Assembly: GCA_977030845.1 (NCBI GenBank)
Contig: OZ365112.1
Coordinates: forward strand, 24,862,001-24,926,000
Source: Fimbriosthenelais zetlandica
Lineage: Eukaryota
DNA length: 64,000 nucleotides
Reading direction: 5' to 3'
Shown here: piece after piece, positions 25,071 through 36,865 of the stretch
Layout of the letters: each line of letters starts with the position of its first letter
Position numbering within the stretch: position 1 is the first letter of the stretch
Notes under the pieces: model-generated
What the model saw: the letters and a program-made list of their open reading frames with translations, nothing else
What the model was told of the DNA's origin: nothing
Database searches by the model: none
Program-made: the position numbers and the translations under genes

Positions 25071-27352
25071 CCTAACGCACCTAACATAAAAGATTTAAAC
25101 TTATAAAAGTCTTAAAATTTACCAACTTAAATGTTATGAAACGGACTCCGGAGTATACTTTCACTGAGATGAGCTGTCATGGATGGACATGGGATACCGT
25201 GAGAAAAACACATACGGTGCGACTCATGGTCAAGACCACCAGCATGGTCTGCATATGTACAAATGTTTGGGGGACGGGTTGATAGGGAAATGTAAATGAA
25301 GACCTGACACTTTGGCAAGTACAGCTGCAGATGTTATCGATATGTATGTTTATAAAGGGAAGTTGAATATCAAGATAATGGGCAGAATGTATCAACTACT
25401 GCATTGATATAGTTTTAAGGGACTTAAGTTCCAATTGATTTTATCTATTGATAAAGACCATTCATTATTTCTGAAAATATTATTTTGTTTGTTTCAAAAA
25501 TGATGGTCTCATGAGAAACAATCAATGTACCATTGCTCACAATGAGTGGTAATTGGCTAATATATTTAAAAAGATGCGCAAAATCATTAGATAGGCTTAA
25601 CACTAACACACGATGCACTTCATTGTCTTAAGGAACAGCACATTGTATTTATATATCGCTGAGTTATATCGCATTGCGTTGATAATAATAAAATTGCTTC
25701 TGATTAGGGCAGATGTATGTTAAGTCGCAAATATACTTAGAAACGGTTTATTAAAGTTACATATATGTTATCAGACCTTACTCAATATTATAGATGCGAA
25801 TGCAACAGTTACGATTATACCCTACATACCTTATGTTATTTTGGAAGCTATGTATAATGTCGTATGGCCAAACTTATATTTGAAGACTGTAAGCCTAAAT
25901 AGTTGCTACTAATGTGCCATTTTCACAAGGGCCAAAAGGTACCTTTAAATATTTTAATCTTGCTAGAGCTATTGGCATACTTATTATAACACAATACATT
26001 CAGGCCTCTTGGCCTTTGTATGTACGTACATATTGGAGTTAATGCATATAATATTGACCAATGGTCAAGTACTGGTCATTTTTGGACAGGCGCACATGCT
26101 CTCCGAGGTGCCATGTGTTATGAACATGAGATCAATGCCTGGCCAGCAGAGGGGAAAAAGCACCAACATAATATTATGCTTTAAGCCAACAGACCAGCAT
26201 TTTTTGATAAAATTGAAAGGACCATCATCCTGTCATCTGGGAATATACGCTTTTGTTGGAGGAAAAAATGACACATTGGTGTCCATGCTTAATTTGTTGC
26301 ACTGAAGTGAAAAGTATGAATTTCAAATCTACAATTGTCACACGAATGAATGAATGGTGATTTAACGCCATGCCAGCTACTAAGGCCATATTCATGGCGA
26401 GACCTAAGCAAATCGAACCATTAATGTTGAACCATTAAATGGTCACAAAGAAGTATTATATGGGTTGACTAGTGTAGCATTACATACCCCTGAATGGGAC
26501 CCATGAACCCAAGCTATTTTTGGACCACCTTGTGTCCTTAAGTTGAGGGGGCGTGTGTGTGCACCTCCCCACAGTCAGTGTATGTACATTCATACATTCC
26601 TTTCTTGATGACTGATATCAAAATGGTCAAGGACCACAAAATAGCTAGTCAGAATGTATAGACAATCTCATTCCCCAAACATAGCATTATAATTATTATT
26701 TTATATTATCAGAAAACAGAATATACATGGTCGCGCATCTCTCGCGACGCGACAGAAATGGTCATTTTTTCACGAAAAAAATCGGCCTACAACCATCTAC
26801 TATTCGGTCACTCCGTGGTGTCCAATGTACATTATAAATATACCGACAGATAAGGGATAGATCTGGTATTATTCCGGCATTATCATAATTTAAGAAATGT
26901 CACATATTTAACATTTTTCGTTAAGTTTCCACTGGCGTTTCGACGCGTCAATTCTACTCAGAAGAGTTCATCTTGTCTGTCGGGTCTCAGATGGTCAGCC
27001 ATGAAATGTGTAATGGTGAACGAGTGACCATTACAGGCCGCGATCTAACCCTAAATTCTGACCCTATAAATGATGTACATATACCAGGGAGGATGCGATC
27101 AAAATAGACGTCTGGTTTTCACATGTTAATCCAACATGTAATCACTGGGTTATATCATCAATGAAAAAAGTAAGAACGAAATGCTAGAATTACGGCGAGT
27201 TATATAACAGGTATACAATGTTTAGTCTCTCCCTGTTAGCTCACTCCCCACAACATGGCCGACCTTTGCCAGCTGAACAACAACAAACCCATAGACTGGA
27301 CAGGAGGGCTGGTCAGTCAGTCATACATACACACACAAGGATGGTCACTCAC

Positions 27353-27461
27353 CGAAACTTTCCTGGCCTCCTGGATGGCGAAATGATGCGATCGGAGGGA
27401 TGAGACTGGAGGTTCCGTCCATCCCGCCCGGGTATCCGTCGTAATATGTCCCATCGGTCAT
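27353..27461 (-). CDS. First coding exon of the unidentified gene (MTDGTYYDGYPGGMDGTSSLIPPIASFRHPGGQESF.)
   Basis: ATG with A at -3 and an upstream in-frame TAA; 36 codons plus 1 nt, donor TTCG|GTGAGT; phase 1 matches the exon at 7733 (G|AT = Asp); CCAAT and TGACTCA motifs lie upstream (27540-27590). Confidence 0.7.
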
Positions 27462-30400
27462 TTTTATCCACTTTTTAGTGATATTTTTAATAGAAAAGCG
27501 ATCTATTTAGATTGAGAATGGTCAGCGTTTAAGTCGCGGGGTAAGCCAATCGGCGCCACAGTCCACTACCAGGTCGGCTGACTCAAGGCCTTGTCCCGAC
27601 TACGCAATAGGGTCGTACCATTCTGTTCAAGGGGGGTATGGTCAGTCCGCCTCTTGACCACAAGCTGACCAGGTGAGGATGGACACCAAGCTACATCATA
27701 GACTCGCCCACAATTATACATGTATGGATATAATTATTAAGCTTTCTTCATTGCCAAATATTGGACTGTGATCGACTTTGGTAAAAAGAGACACTTTTAA
27801 CATTTTCTACATGTTTCCACATTCTCTCCCCTCCGCCCCCTTTATGGAATGTTTGACCACTGCCCTACATTAAAGTACTGACCATTAGTTGAGTAATGTG
27901 CCTGAAGATGGCGTAATGGACCATGAATGATCCATTACATGTTCACCATTATAAATTAACATTTTTTACATTTTTATTGCTTCAATACGGTATGTGCAAT
28001 ATTCAAACATTCGGCATATCGGACGCGCGAGCGCACATTGCGTCGAGGGAAATTTTGATCCGGGCGATCTTCTTTTCTTTATAAACTTTCCGGGACGAAA
28101 TGTATTGGAAAGATCGCCCGCATGACAGCTAATGTTCGATTTTGTAGACGGTCTAAACTCTCATGGATACCTCTAGAGGCGCTCTGAGCAATCACCTCAA
28201 AGGAACCGACTCCAGAATTATATATGACACGTAAAATGATTCAATAGTCAGTGGCTAGATGGAGACGTGCGTAGGCAGAGGAGTAGGCATAATACTTTCA
28301 TTTTTACAAACAGAAGAAAGAAGAATTTGTTTATCACAACAGGTTTATTTCTCCCCGGGGAAAACAATTATAGCAAACATGATAAGGGCGCTTTATACTT
28401 GTGATTGAGGCATACATGTATACATATTCATGGGTATCCAACGGTATCCGACAGAAAATCCACATAATATATTTATTACATTTATCATAATAATGCGTCT
28501 GTACATTAACATATCCTGATCTTCAGCAAAATCAGAAAGATCTTAAAGAAACAATTTATATATCATTAGCCTATGTCTGTAGCATTGGTTTACGGCAGAA
28601 AGTATTTTCATGAAAAACACATTATTGTTAGGTATATCGGAGCTTATAGATTATTTTACATGGCCTGGTGTTGTTATTATATATATTGTATATTGCAAGT
28701 TGATACAAGAGCATTTTGATGCTAACTGCAGACGCGTCATCGTAGATATGAACGGACTTCTTTCACATGGATCAACATCTATACATTCTTTTAAGAATAG
28801 CATTGGTGAAATTTCTTCATTTTGACAAGAGTAACAACAACAGGGTTTGTAACTATCGATTATATAGGAAAACGGAAAGGAGACAGTTTCTGTGAATAGA
28901 CAATGTAAACGATGTAAATGCTAAATAATCACATGCATGTGTAATAGGCTGTTCGATTTCCAAATTTTCAAGTAGCAATATTTAAGGGTAATACAGCAGT
29001 TTTCATAGCAAAGGCATTTATTAGGAAAGAAAAGAGGACAATAGCAGTAAGTAAACAAGGGCTCCGTACATCATTGTTGATTATGCTGGGAAACACAGAC
29101 CTGTACAACAATTGACCAGAATTAGGTAGGATATATATAACACTCTGGGATCCGATTTTCACATTGTGCAAAAATGATAATTTGACCATAAAACATTCAT
29201 ATTCATGTCGCGTATACAGACTTCATTGAGATATCTTGAAGGGTACATTTCAGAGTAGAAAAGCACAAGCAACAATATGATGTAGCTAACAAACAGCTGC
29301 CTGCAAAATATACATGTACTTTATTAATTTAAAGTGATTTATTGTTCATAAGTTTCACCCTTTTCACTCTAGTTATTAAATGCCACATAAGCAGTTTTTG
29401 AAATTTATACAAGGACAACGTGACGTTGTCGTTGACTGACGTACTGTAGCGTAGTAGCATGCTTTGGTTGATGAATGTTAAAACATGGATAAGTACATAT
29501 TCCTATGTGATAGAAGGAAATGTTTGGTATAGATTCTCATTCTGAAGATTCTGCACATATTTCCATATAAACCTATCGTGTTATTTTGATGGTACATTCA
29601 GTAATTAATGTTTACACATTTGAAAAAAGAAAATTCTGCATGCAATTTTAGCAGCTTCTTAAAAAAAATGGGGAAGTTCCAGGCACGTCTTGATCTTTTT
29701 AAACCAAATACCAACTTTACGAATACACAAGCTGACACGTAGTTATTCTCATTACAATATATATGTACAAGGCCACAATGTTGACCACCCTTTTACATTA
29801 TAGCACATAATTTAAAACTAAATCGAGTATAATCATTCACATCTTTGGAAAGCTGGACATGCAAAAATTCAAGTCATATTAGGCATCGTCTGTAAAAACC
29901 TTCCTCCGCATGCTTTAGGAGCGAATGTCTATGAGCCAATACTAACATTCTAGATCCGAATCCTGCTATTTATTGAAGGTATACCGATAAAATATCCTTG
30001 ACACCAGCAATCACTGATTCTTTGAGCAGTTGTGGTTATGTATTATAGAAAGGACTTGATATGCAAACACACACAGTTTAGAAATGTCTCCTACTATTTA
30101 TTCATCGTGTTTTTAACTTTCATACATGCATGAGAACCATAAAATACAATGTACAATCTACGTGTTGAACATGCAGTATTTGTGTTATTGTCTTTCCCTA
30201 TGAGTTCTCATACCTTTGAAAATCTTTAAAATGTGTCTAAGTATTATGCTGACGTATAATTTAATCATCATCCTATGTACAAAAGATACCACAAACATCA
30301 TTTGGCGCAATGACGTACTTGTGGTATCGCTCTCCATTTTCCTGCTTTTCTTTGGGTGTATTTATCTGGCTAAAAAGTAGTAATTTGTCACAAAAATAAA

Positions 30401-31844
30401 AAAGTCGAACATGCTGTAACATATGGACAATGCAAGATGGATTTGTTGGTAAAATTATCAAGAAGAATGGGTCCAGAAATGTTGGAAACCCCGGGAAACC
30501 TACCTAGTTGGAATATTTTCTATACGTCTGTTGTACAGGTTGTATGTGATAGAGAAAAGGCTGTATTCAATACACAGATACCCATATATATACAATACAG
30601 CATAATAATTATACCGATGTTGACAATATCGAATACTTGAGTTGACTTATATTATTGTACATGTACGAATATGAATAGAAAGCATACCCATGTCAAACCA
30701 CCATAAATTTGCAGTACGTAATTTAAGTAAAAGTGCTATCACTTGTCTTTCTCTGCAAACATCAAGAGTGTTCCCATAATGTAATGCAATATTATTTCTG
30801 AATGTCATCTTCATCATGTATATAATTTGTATTACCATCTCTAGAATTACAACTTTAATATTCATGTATAATACAAATTACGTTAATACTGGGTCATTTT
30901 CATTCATATAAATAAGCACAGCTTTTTTATTTAGTTATCGAGGAAAACTTGCCTTAATTTCAATTAAAATTAAATTATGGTACGATACGTTCGCGAACAC
31001 TATGTGGATTTCCCCTTTACTTTGACACACATGTCGAGCACATTATAGTAACGATGCACGTTAACAAGTATATTTGTGTTGAGGCCCATCCCATAATTTC
31101 TTGAAATAGACACTTGTCATTGGAGGATGGTCGAACTCGAAGCGATTGCCTCAAATGAGATTCATAAACCGGGTAGAAACGCTGTGATATTCACATGGTA
31201 TGAGTGTAACTGTACATGTATTGACCTTTAAACACTAAAAGCCAGTCCATTTAAATTGAAAACTGGTCCTTTCCTTCAGAATCGTCAGTGATCTATTTGA
31301 ATCAATGAGCACCAAGGCTCCGGGTCCTATAGTCTACAATACGTGATGCGAACTGTGCATGTGGCATGAGTACAATGCAACTGTGGAACCTTATGACTGT
31401 ACTTGTATGAACTTCAGGTTGCAAGCCTGCCTGTTGCAGTTGTCTAGCTTGCTGAACCACCCAATCAAATGAAAAGGTCATTTGGTAAGAAAAGTGGCAT
31501 TAGGAAGGGAGTCTGCTAAGGTTAAGTCCCAAGGAAAAGACTTTTGGATACAAACTAATATCCGACTTCTTGGATTTGGCAGGTCTGGTAATAAATCTAA
31601 CCGAAGGTAACTAACATACTACCGTCCAAAGGATCTACAGAATATATCCCAAACTCCTAGGACATTGCAAAAAAGAGATAACAATATAAAATTCCTGTTT
31701 TGTCTAAAGTAATAACAGAACTAGCCAAAGATTAATTAAACAAATGGCTAGACTTTCAACAAAGCATTGCTATCAAGGTCTTGAATCTCTTTTACGAAAA
31801 TCGTATTCGATAAGTATGAAAAAGCAGCAGTTAGAGTGGCAATT

Positions 31845-31850
31845 TTTATT
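31845..31850 (-). other. Candidate polyadenylation signal of the TMEM151-like gene
   Basis: AATAAA on the minus strand about 285 nt past the stop codon. Confidence 0.35.
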
Positions 31851-32133
31851 CATACCTAACGCTGTGAAAGAGCTCTGGATTGAATCATCATTTTCAATAT
31901 TGGGTCTATAAACATCTCTCATCACTCTATATAATATACCCTTCATATAAATATAAAAAAGTGGTGGAAAAATCAATCAGTTTGAATTGACATCTTCATT
32001 GAAAAGCTTCTTCTTAATCCTTCAGCTTTTCGGGATTCTAAATCCCTTTCGGTCACAATGTGTGATTTTCGTTTTTCATTTTAAAGAATGAGTGTGGGGG
32101 AGAAAAGCCAACAGTTGATTGTACGAGACGGTA

Positions 32134-32322
32134 CTAAAGTCCCAGGAGTTTTACAAAAGTGAACTTGCGTTTCTTCGTGAAAAGCCTAAAGAGGATTCGG
32201 TAGGGCCAGGTGAGCAAACAGCATGCCAGGCAGCTGTACAACTGGAAGCTCATTAGCTTGGTGAGGTGGCCACGCTCCACAAATACTGTCATGTGTGATT
32301 CCATGCCGTCTAGTTCAAATAT
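32134..32322 (-). CDS. TMEM151: TMEM151-family protein, coding exon 6 (terminal)
   Basis: Acceptor tttttttcttctgcag|, phase 0, IFELDGMESHMTVF...LLTWPYRILFRLFTKKRKFTFVKLLGL*; matches the recalled TMEM151 end [28 protein letters not shown]. Confidence 0.9.
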   Translation of the reverse strand: MFELDGMESHMTVFVERGHLTKLMSFQLYSCLACCLLTWPYRILFRLFTKKRKFTFVKLLGL

Positions 32323-32546
32323 CTGCAGAAGAAAAAAACATCAAGGAGACATTTTTATTATTTATTTATACAAACTTTTATCGTGAAGATTGTTCTGTTA
32401 TCCAGTGTCTCTTACGAGAATATCCGTCTGAACTAGTATTATTACACTTAAAGACACTTTAAATTGGAAAATTGCTTTCTTTTCAACATCAATTAAGAAC
32501 CTAGCATTATCAGAATGATAAAAGATTGTATTCCTAAAACACTGAC

Positions 32547-32666
32547 CTCTTTAAATGAGTAATGTTTATCCATAAACATGTTCCTTTGCATGAAGGCTTC
32601 CTTACGTTGTTCATAAAGATCGGCCGTACTTTGATCAACAAAACCAAATGTTTTTTCAAATTCAAA
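32547..32666 (-). CDS. TMEM151: TMEM151-family protein, coding exon 5
   Basis: ttatattccag| ... GAG|GTCAGT, 120 nt, phase 0-0, FEFEKTFGFVDQSTADLYEQRKEAFMQRNMFMDKHYSFKE; aligns with recalled [40 protein letters not shown]. Confidence 0.9.
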
Positions 32667-32874
32667 CTGGAATATAAGAGTGTCATATTCAAGGTTATTC
32701 AAATGTAAATTCAATTTTTGAGTGCAACTTGCACTAACTATTAAATGACTCAATCTTCTTTAGAAGACAGCAAGAATTCCAAACAAGACTGTTATATCAT
32801 GAAATGAAGGGACCATATGTAAAGATGTATCAAGAGCAAAAATTAACGTGATGAAACTACTGAGAATGGCTCAC

Positions 32875-33006
32875 CCGATTAATACCACTTTTCTTGAAGG
32901 TGCCCAGGTCTCCCGAAGCATCTTTGCAGACACTAAAGGGGAATTCTTCCACCTCCGTATGAGTAATGAGTTTCTCGTGCTGGGGTTTATCTCCACTGTT
33001 ACGTGC
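32875..33006 (-). CDS. TMEM151: TMEM151-family protein, coding exon 4
   Basis: tgtcttgtccag| ... CGG|GTGAGC, 132 nt, phase 0-0, ARNSGDKPQHEKLITHTEVEEFPFSVCKDASGDLGTFKKSGINR; aligns with recalled NTHVAEAEFDY...VRDVS. Confidence 0.88.
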
Positions 33007-33294
33007 CTGGACAAGACAATGAGGTTCTTTCAGTTCTGATTTTTCAGCTCCAGACAAAATTTAATCAATTACATTAAGCGAGATTAGTGCTGAAATATAA
33101 CTGTCAACGCGCCACTTTAGAGTAATAACTATAAGGCGATTCAGTCCCTCATAACAACCCATAGCATATTGAATGACTAAATGAAATTCGAATTACAACA
33201 GAACTTTAAGATTCTAAGCATTGCCTATACAGCAGGTACTGCGAGGTACAGCTGGCATTACCTAGTATATATGCAGCAGACATTTACCATAGTG

Positions 33295-33324
33295 TGGAGA
33301 TGCTAGTTTTTACTAGCATCTCCA
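33295..33324. repeat. Perfect 13-bp-stem hairpin in TMEM151-like intron 3
   Basis: tggagatgctagt-tttt-actagcatctcca. Confidence 0.9.
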
Positions 33325-33574
33325 GGACTGCCTACCGATACTGGGACCTGCCTGATAGTAGGCAAGAGCAGGCAACACAATGCACTGTCTAGCATAGACG
33401 CTACATCTTACTAAAACATGCAATTCCATGTCCTGGCAAGTGCCAGACACTGTAGAGCAACAACTTTTTGTTACTTGCAAACAGCTGCCGTCACTGTATT
33501 GTAGTACCTACATGAATATGCGATCAATGAATCTCCTATAAAATGTGAATATCATTAAGGAAAAGTCAACTCAC

Positions 33575-33790
33575 AGCGGCATCTTCACTACTCCAGTGAT
33601 AACAGTCTATAGTCCACTTCAGTTTAGGAACCGTCATGCGCATACGTCTGACATAGAGTCGACATTTGGTGAGCTCCATCTTGTGGTCAATATAGCGGTG
33701 TGTATCAGAGAGGCAGGATTCCACCCAGCTAAAGACATAGCACAGAACCAGCAGCACTGACGCCACAATCAGCAGTGCTTCACTATGTAA
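33575..33790 (-). CDS. TMEM151: TMEM151-family protein, coding exon 3 (second TM helix and the W..I.CYHW motif)
   Basis: gatatttcag| ... GCT|GTGAGT, 216 nt, phase 0-0, LHSEALLIVASVLLVLCYVFSWVESC...VPKLKWTIDCYHW; aligns with recalled IPLAFLLMLYAVYLVECW...TPCIWWKAISYHY. Confidence 0.92.
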
Positions 33791-35154
33791 CTGAAATATC
33801 AAAAACACTCTCTTAAAGGGGTCGGAACAGCTGACCTAAAAAAGAGCTGAGATCATCAAAATAAGTCTTGGTCAAATGTTGGGAAGCAGTAAATGAGGAA
33901 AGTGATGGACTCATGACATGGCACGTATCACTAAAAGTCTTCCGGGTTCTGTCCAGGCCATCCAATTTCCCAGCAAGACCCAAACCTGACTACCTTATAA
34001 ATTATTATTTCTGACTAATATCGGCAATTATCTGTGACAATGTCGATCTTGGGCAATGCTAAATTTATTTCCCCTGCAATTGCACATCACGAACCCGGAC
34101 ATTTTCCTGGACATAAACATTGCAAATTACTATGCCATCTCCCTCTCTTTTAGACCAACCTGGGTCTGCCCCCTATGAAATAGGAGGAAAATTAGGTATG
34201 ATTGGTTTCTGCTGCTCTGCAGATGGTGACAGATACCTGATAGGCTGCAGTTTGGTGAAAAGAAGGCAAGAAAAGCTGGAGCGTCGAGTAACCAGCAATG
34301 AATGGCTGAAATGCAGCTATGGTCGGTACGGGACACAACGAATTCAATTACCATATCGAATGTCAGCATTGTAACCTTATTTATTGCCAGGTAGGATATG
34401 ATGGCAGGCTGGATGTCATAGTTACTGCAGAGATTGATACAAATGCTCATAAATAAAGCTAATGCAATCTGATAAATACATTTCCTATACCTGAATGGAA
34501 GAGATTCCATTCTTTTGATCAGTTGCAAAATATGCCTGATTTCTTTAACGAAATGCATGGCATGTGACTCTCCTTCAATGAGAGGTTGTCTATCAACAGT
34601 AAATTGTTCATTTTAGTATTTGATCACCTCAGTGCTACTATCTAACATTAGACCAGTGTAGGGGTCCATGTATATATATATACATGGTGCTACTTTACAC
34701 TTGTGAACGTATAGACCTACAGCTAGAAAAGGGAAGTGGGTGATTCCTCACAACCTGAAGGTTGCTTCCTAATTCCCACTTAAGATGCGACTGAGAGGGA
34801 CACCACTGCCCACCCATCAATATATTTAGGCAATCTAAACCCTCAGGGGAGTTATGATGCTGTGGGATCCCACAGGTTATACATGCTCCTTTCACCAATA
34901 GGGATCCCCTAGGCCTCATGCTGGTATATATACTTATTTCCATAGAGTACTGACAATCTATTCTGCAATGTTATCTACTACTTTAGCCACTTTTTTAATA
35001 CCTGTGCACTGTGTCTGAGGCCATGAAAGGGCAAGGCAGAGTTTCAGAGGAGAGAAGCAAGGAGGAAAGATCAAAGAGACGCGAGCAGACCTTTTATGGT
35101 TTACAATGTCTCACTTACTCTTTCTTCACATTTTTGAATAAATAGTTAACTTAC

Positions 35155-35352
35155 CGGGATTGGTTTCGGTCCGCGTTCGTCTTTGTCAGGGCGCTTGGCC
35201 CACGCATTATATTCTATATCTGTCTGTCTTTTGAGCGTTACTTGCCAGGCAATAAGTCCTATACATATGAAAAATCCCAGGTGGCAAGTCAGGCTCCAGA
35301 ATACAAGGCACACATTGCGCAGGCGCATTCGCCGCTTCCTAGGACCATCCTT
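35155..35352 (-). CDS. TMEM151: TMEM151-family protein, coding exon 2 (first TM helix)
   Basis: ttttattttgcag| ... CCG|GTAAGT, 198 nt, phase 0-0, KDGPRKRRMRLRNVCLVFWSLTCHLGFFICIGLIAWQVTLK...; basic stretch followed by a hydrophobic helix, like recalled KCLLLSLLMYGCLGAVAW. Confidence 0.9.
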
Positions 35353-35515
35353 CTGCAAAATAAAAGCAGAACATTCGGTTTAAGGCAAGTATCAAAGTCA
35401 TTATAATGCAACATACAAGAATATGACCAGGATGCGTGAATACCAAGGAGCAGTAACCAAAATCTCAAACGTGGAAACAAATCTGGTATAGTAGCAATAT
35501 AGACACAATACGTAC

Positions 35516-36865
35516 ATCCTCAAATTGGTCTATGTCTCGTTGACCTTCAGCCAGCAGTATTGTTTCAAGTTCATTTGGGTCTATGAGCTGGCATGTGCTA
35601 GGGTGATTGACATGAGTAAGGTAAATGGCGGTTGAATCAGGGTTGATGTCTTGTAGGATCAGGGTCACTTGACCAGATCCTGTCCCGTCTTGTTGGGTCC
35701 CACCCGAAGCAGCGGGGTCGAGATCGTTCCAGGAAGCAGATCGTGTTCCTGGAAGGTTGTGTGGATAAAATGGAATACTTGGTGAGAGAGACCGGTTACT
35801 TTCATTCGTACTGCTCCGGTCTCTATAGAGTGGGCTTGTGCGTGGGGCATGTGTACTGGAAGTGCGCATGAGTTGGCTGGCCGTAACCCGGCCAGGTTGA
35901 TGACTAGGAGCATGGTGAAAACTATGTCTAGTTGAAGCCCTTCTGTTGATCGGATGATTCAGATTGTTCTTCGAACCAACTGGTTGACCCCTTTCTAAGC
36001 TGTTTTTTGAACCAGTCCGTACAACCACCGGATGGTTCAAACTGGAGCGGGAACCCTCGCCTGTGTTGTTGGCAGGCTGGGTTAGACTATGTCCCGACCC
36101 CAGAGGCTGAGTGAGGCTGGTGTGGGACCCAACAGCACCCTGTTCAGGTGCCATGTTCTGGTTGGATGAACTGGCTGCCACAGAGGAGGTCATGGTGATG
36201 CGGCAAGAGACCTCTCTTGGTAAAGGGAAATGGTAAAGGTGGTAAGGGATGGGATAACCGGGGGGAGGTCTGTCTTTGGGGTATCCTGGTGGGCTGTGGG
36301 GGTAAGAAGGTGGACTATCAGGGTAGGAAGGTGGGCTGTCGGGGTAAGAGGGGGGACTAGATAAGGAACCTGTAGTGGAGGTTGTTGAGGAGGTAGATGA
36401 AGAAGTTGCGCTGGACTGTGGAAGACCTTGGTCATCAAGTTGGCTGGCAGGTGGAGTAGAGGGAGACACGGGTCTCGTCTCTAGCTGGTCTGGTCGGAAG
36501 ATCTGGTAGCCGGAGTCACCGTTTGGGAGCAGGATCAACGGCACAGGACTGGATGGAGTGTCCGGGAAGGACTCAAGGGCGGAGTAGTAGGAGAGCAGGC
36601 CCTGACTCTGTGATGACTCTAGCTCATCGTTCCCATCATTAGCTTCCTCAGACTCAGGTAACAGTGGGACCACCTGGTGATTGGTGAGTGAGGTGTTGGA
36701 TGATGAAGAAGCAGCAGCAGCAGCAGCGGTGGTGGCAACAGCACCAGCAGCAGCAGGGGTAGCAGAGGCTGGGTTGGTGGTGTTAGGAGTGATGTGGTTC
36801 TGGCAGTGACCACTTGGCGGTGTCCAAGAAGGATCATACTTTGGCGGTGGACTCGCATCACTCAT
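35516..36865 (-). CDS. TMEM151: TMEM151-family protein, coding exon 1: 450-aa S/P/T-rich N-terminal extension with PPxY motifs
   Basis: Longest ORF in the window; acceptor ctgtcttccag| at 36880 just upstream of the ATG at 36865; donor GAT|GTACGT at 35515 in phase 0 with exon 2. An upstream (probably 5-prime UTR) exon is implied but was not located. Confidence 0.85.

Noticed and set aside
34130-34558. 142-aa minus-strand ORF
   Set aside because: Lies inside TMEM151-like intron 2; the homologous sequence is fully accounted for by exon 33790-33575.
34958-35014. As the main terminal exon of the 36865 gene
   Set aside because: Four further in-phase exons with clear TMEM151 similarity lie downstream; kept only as a possible alternative isoform.
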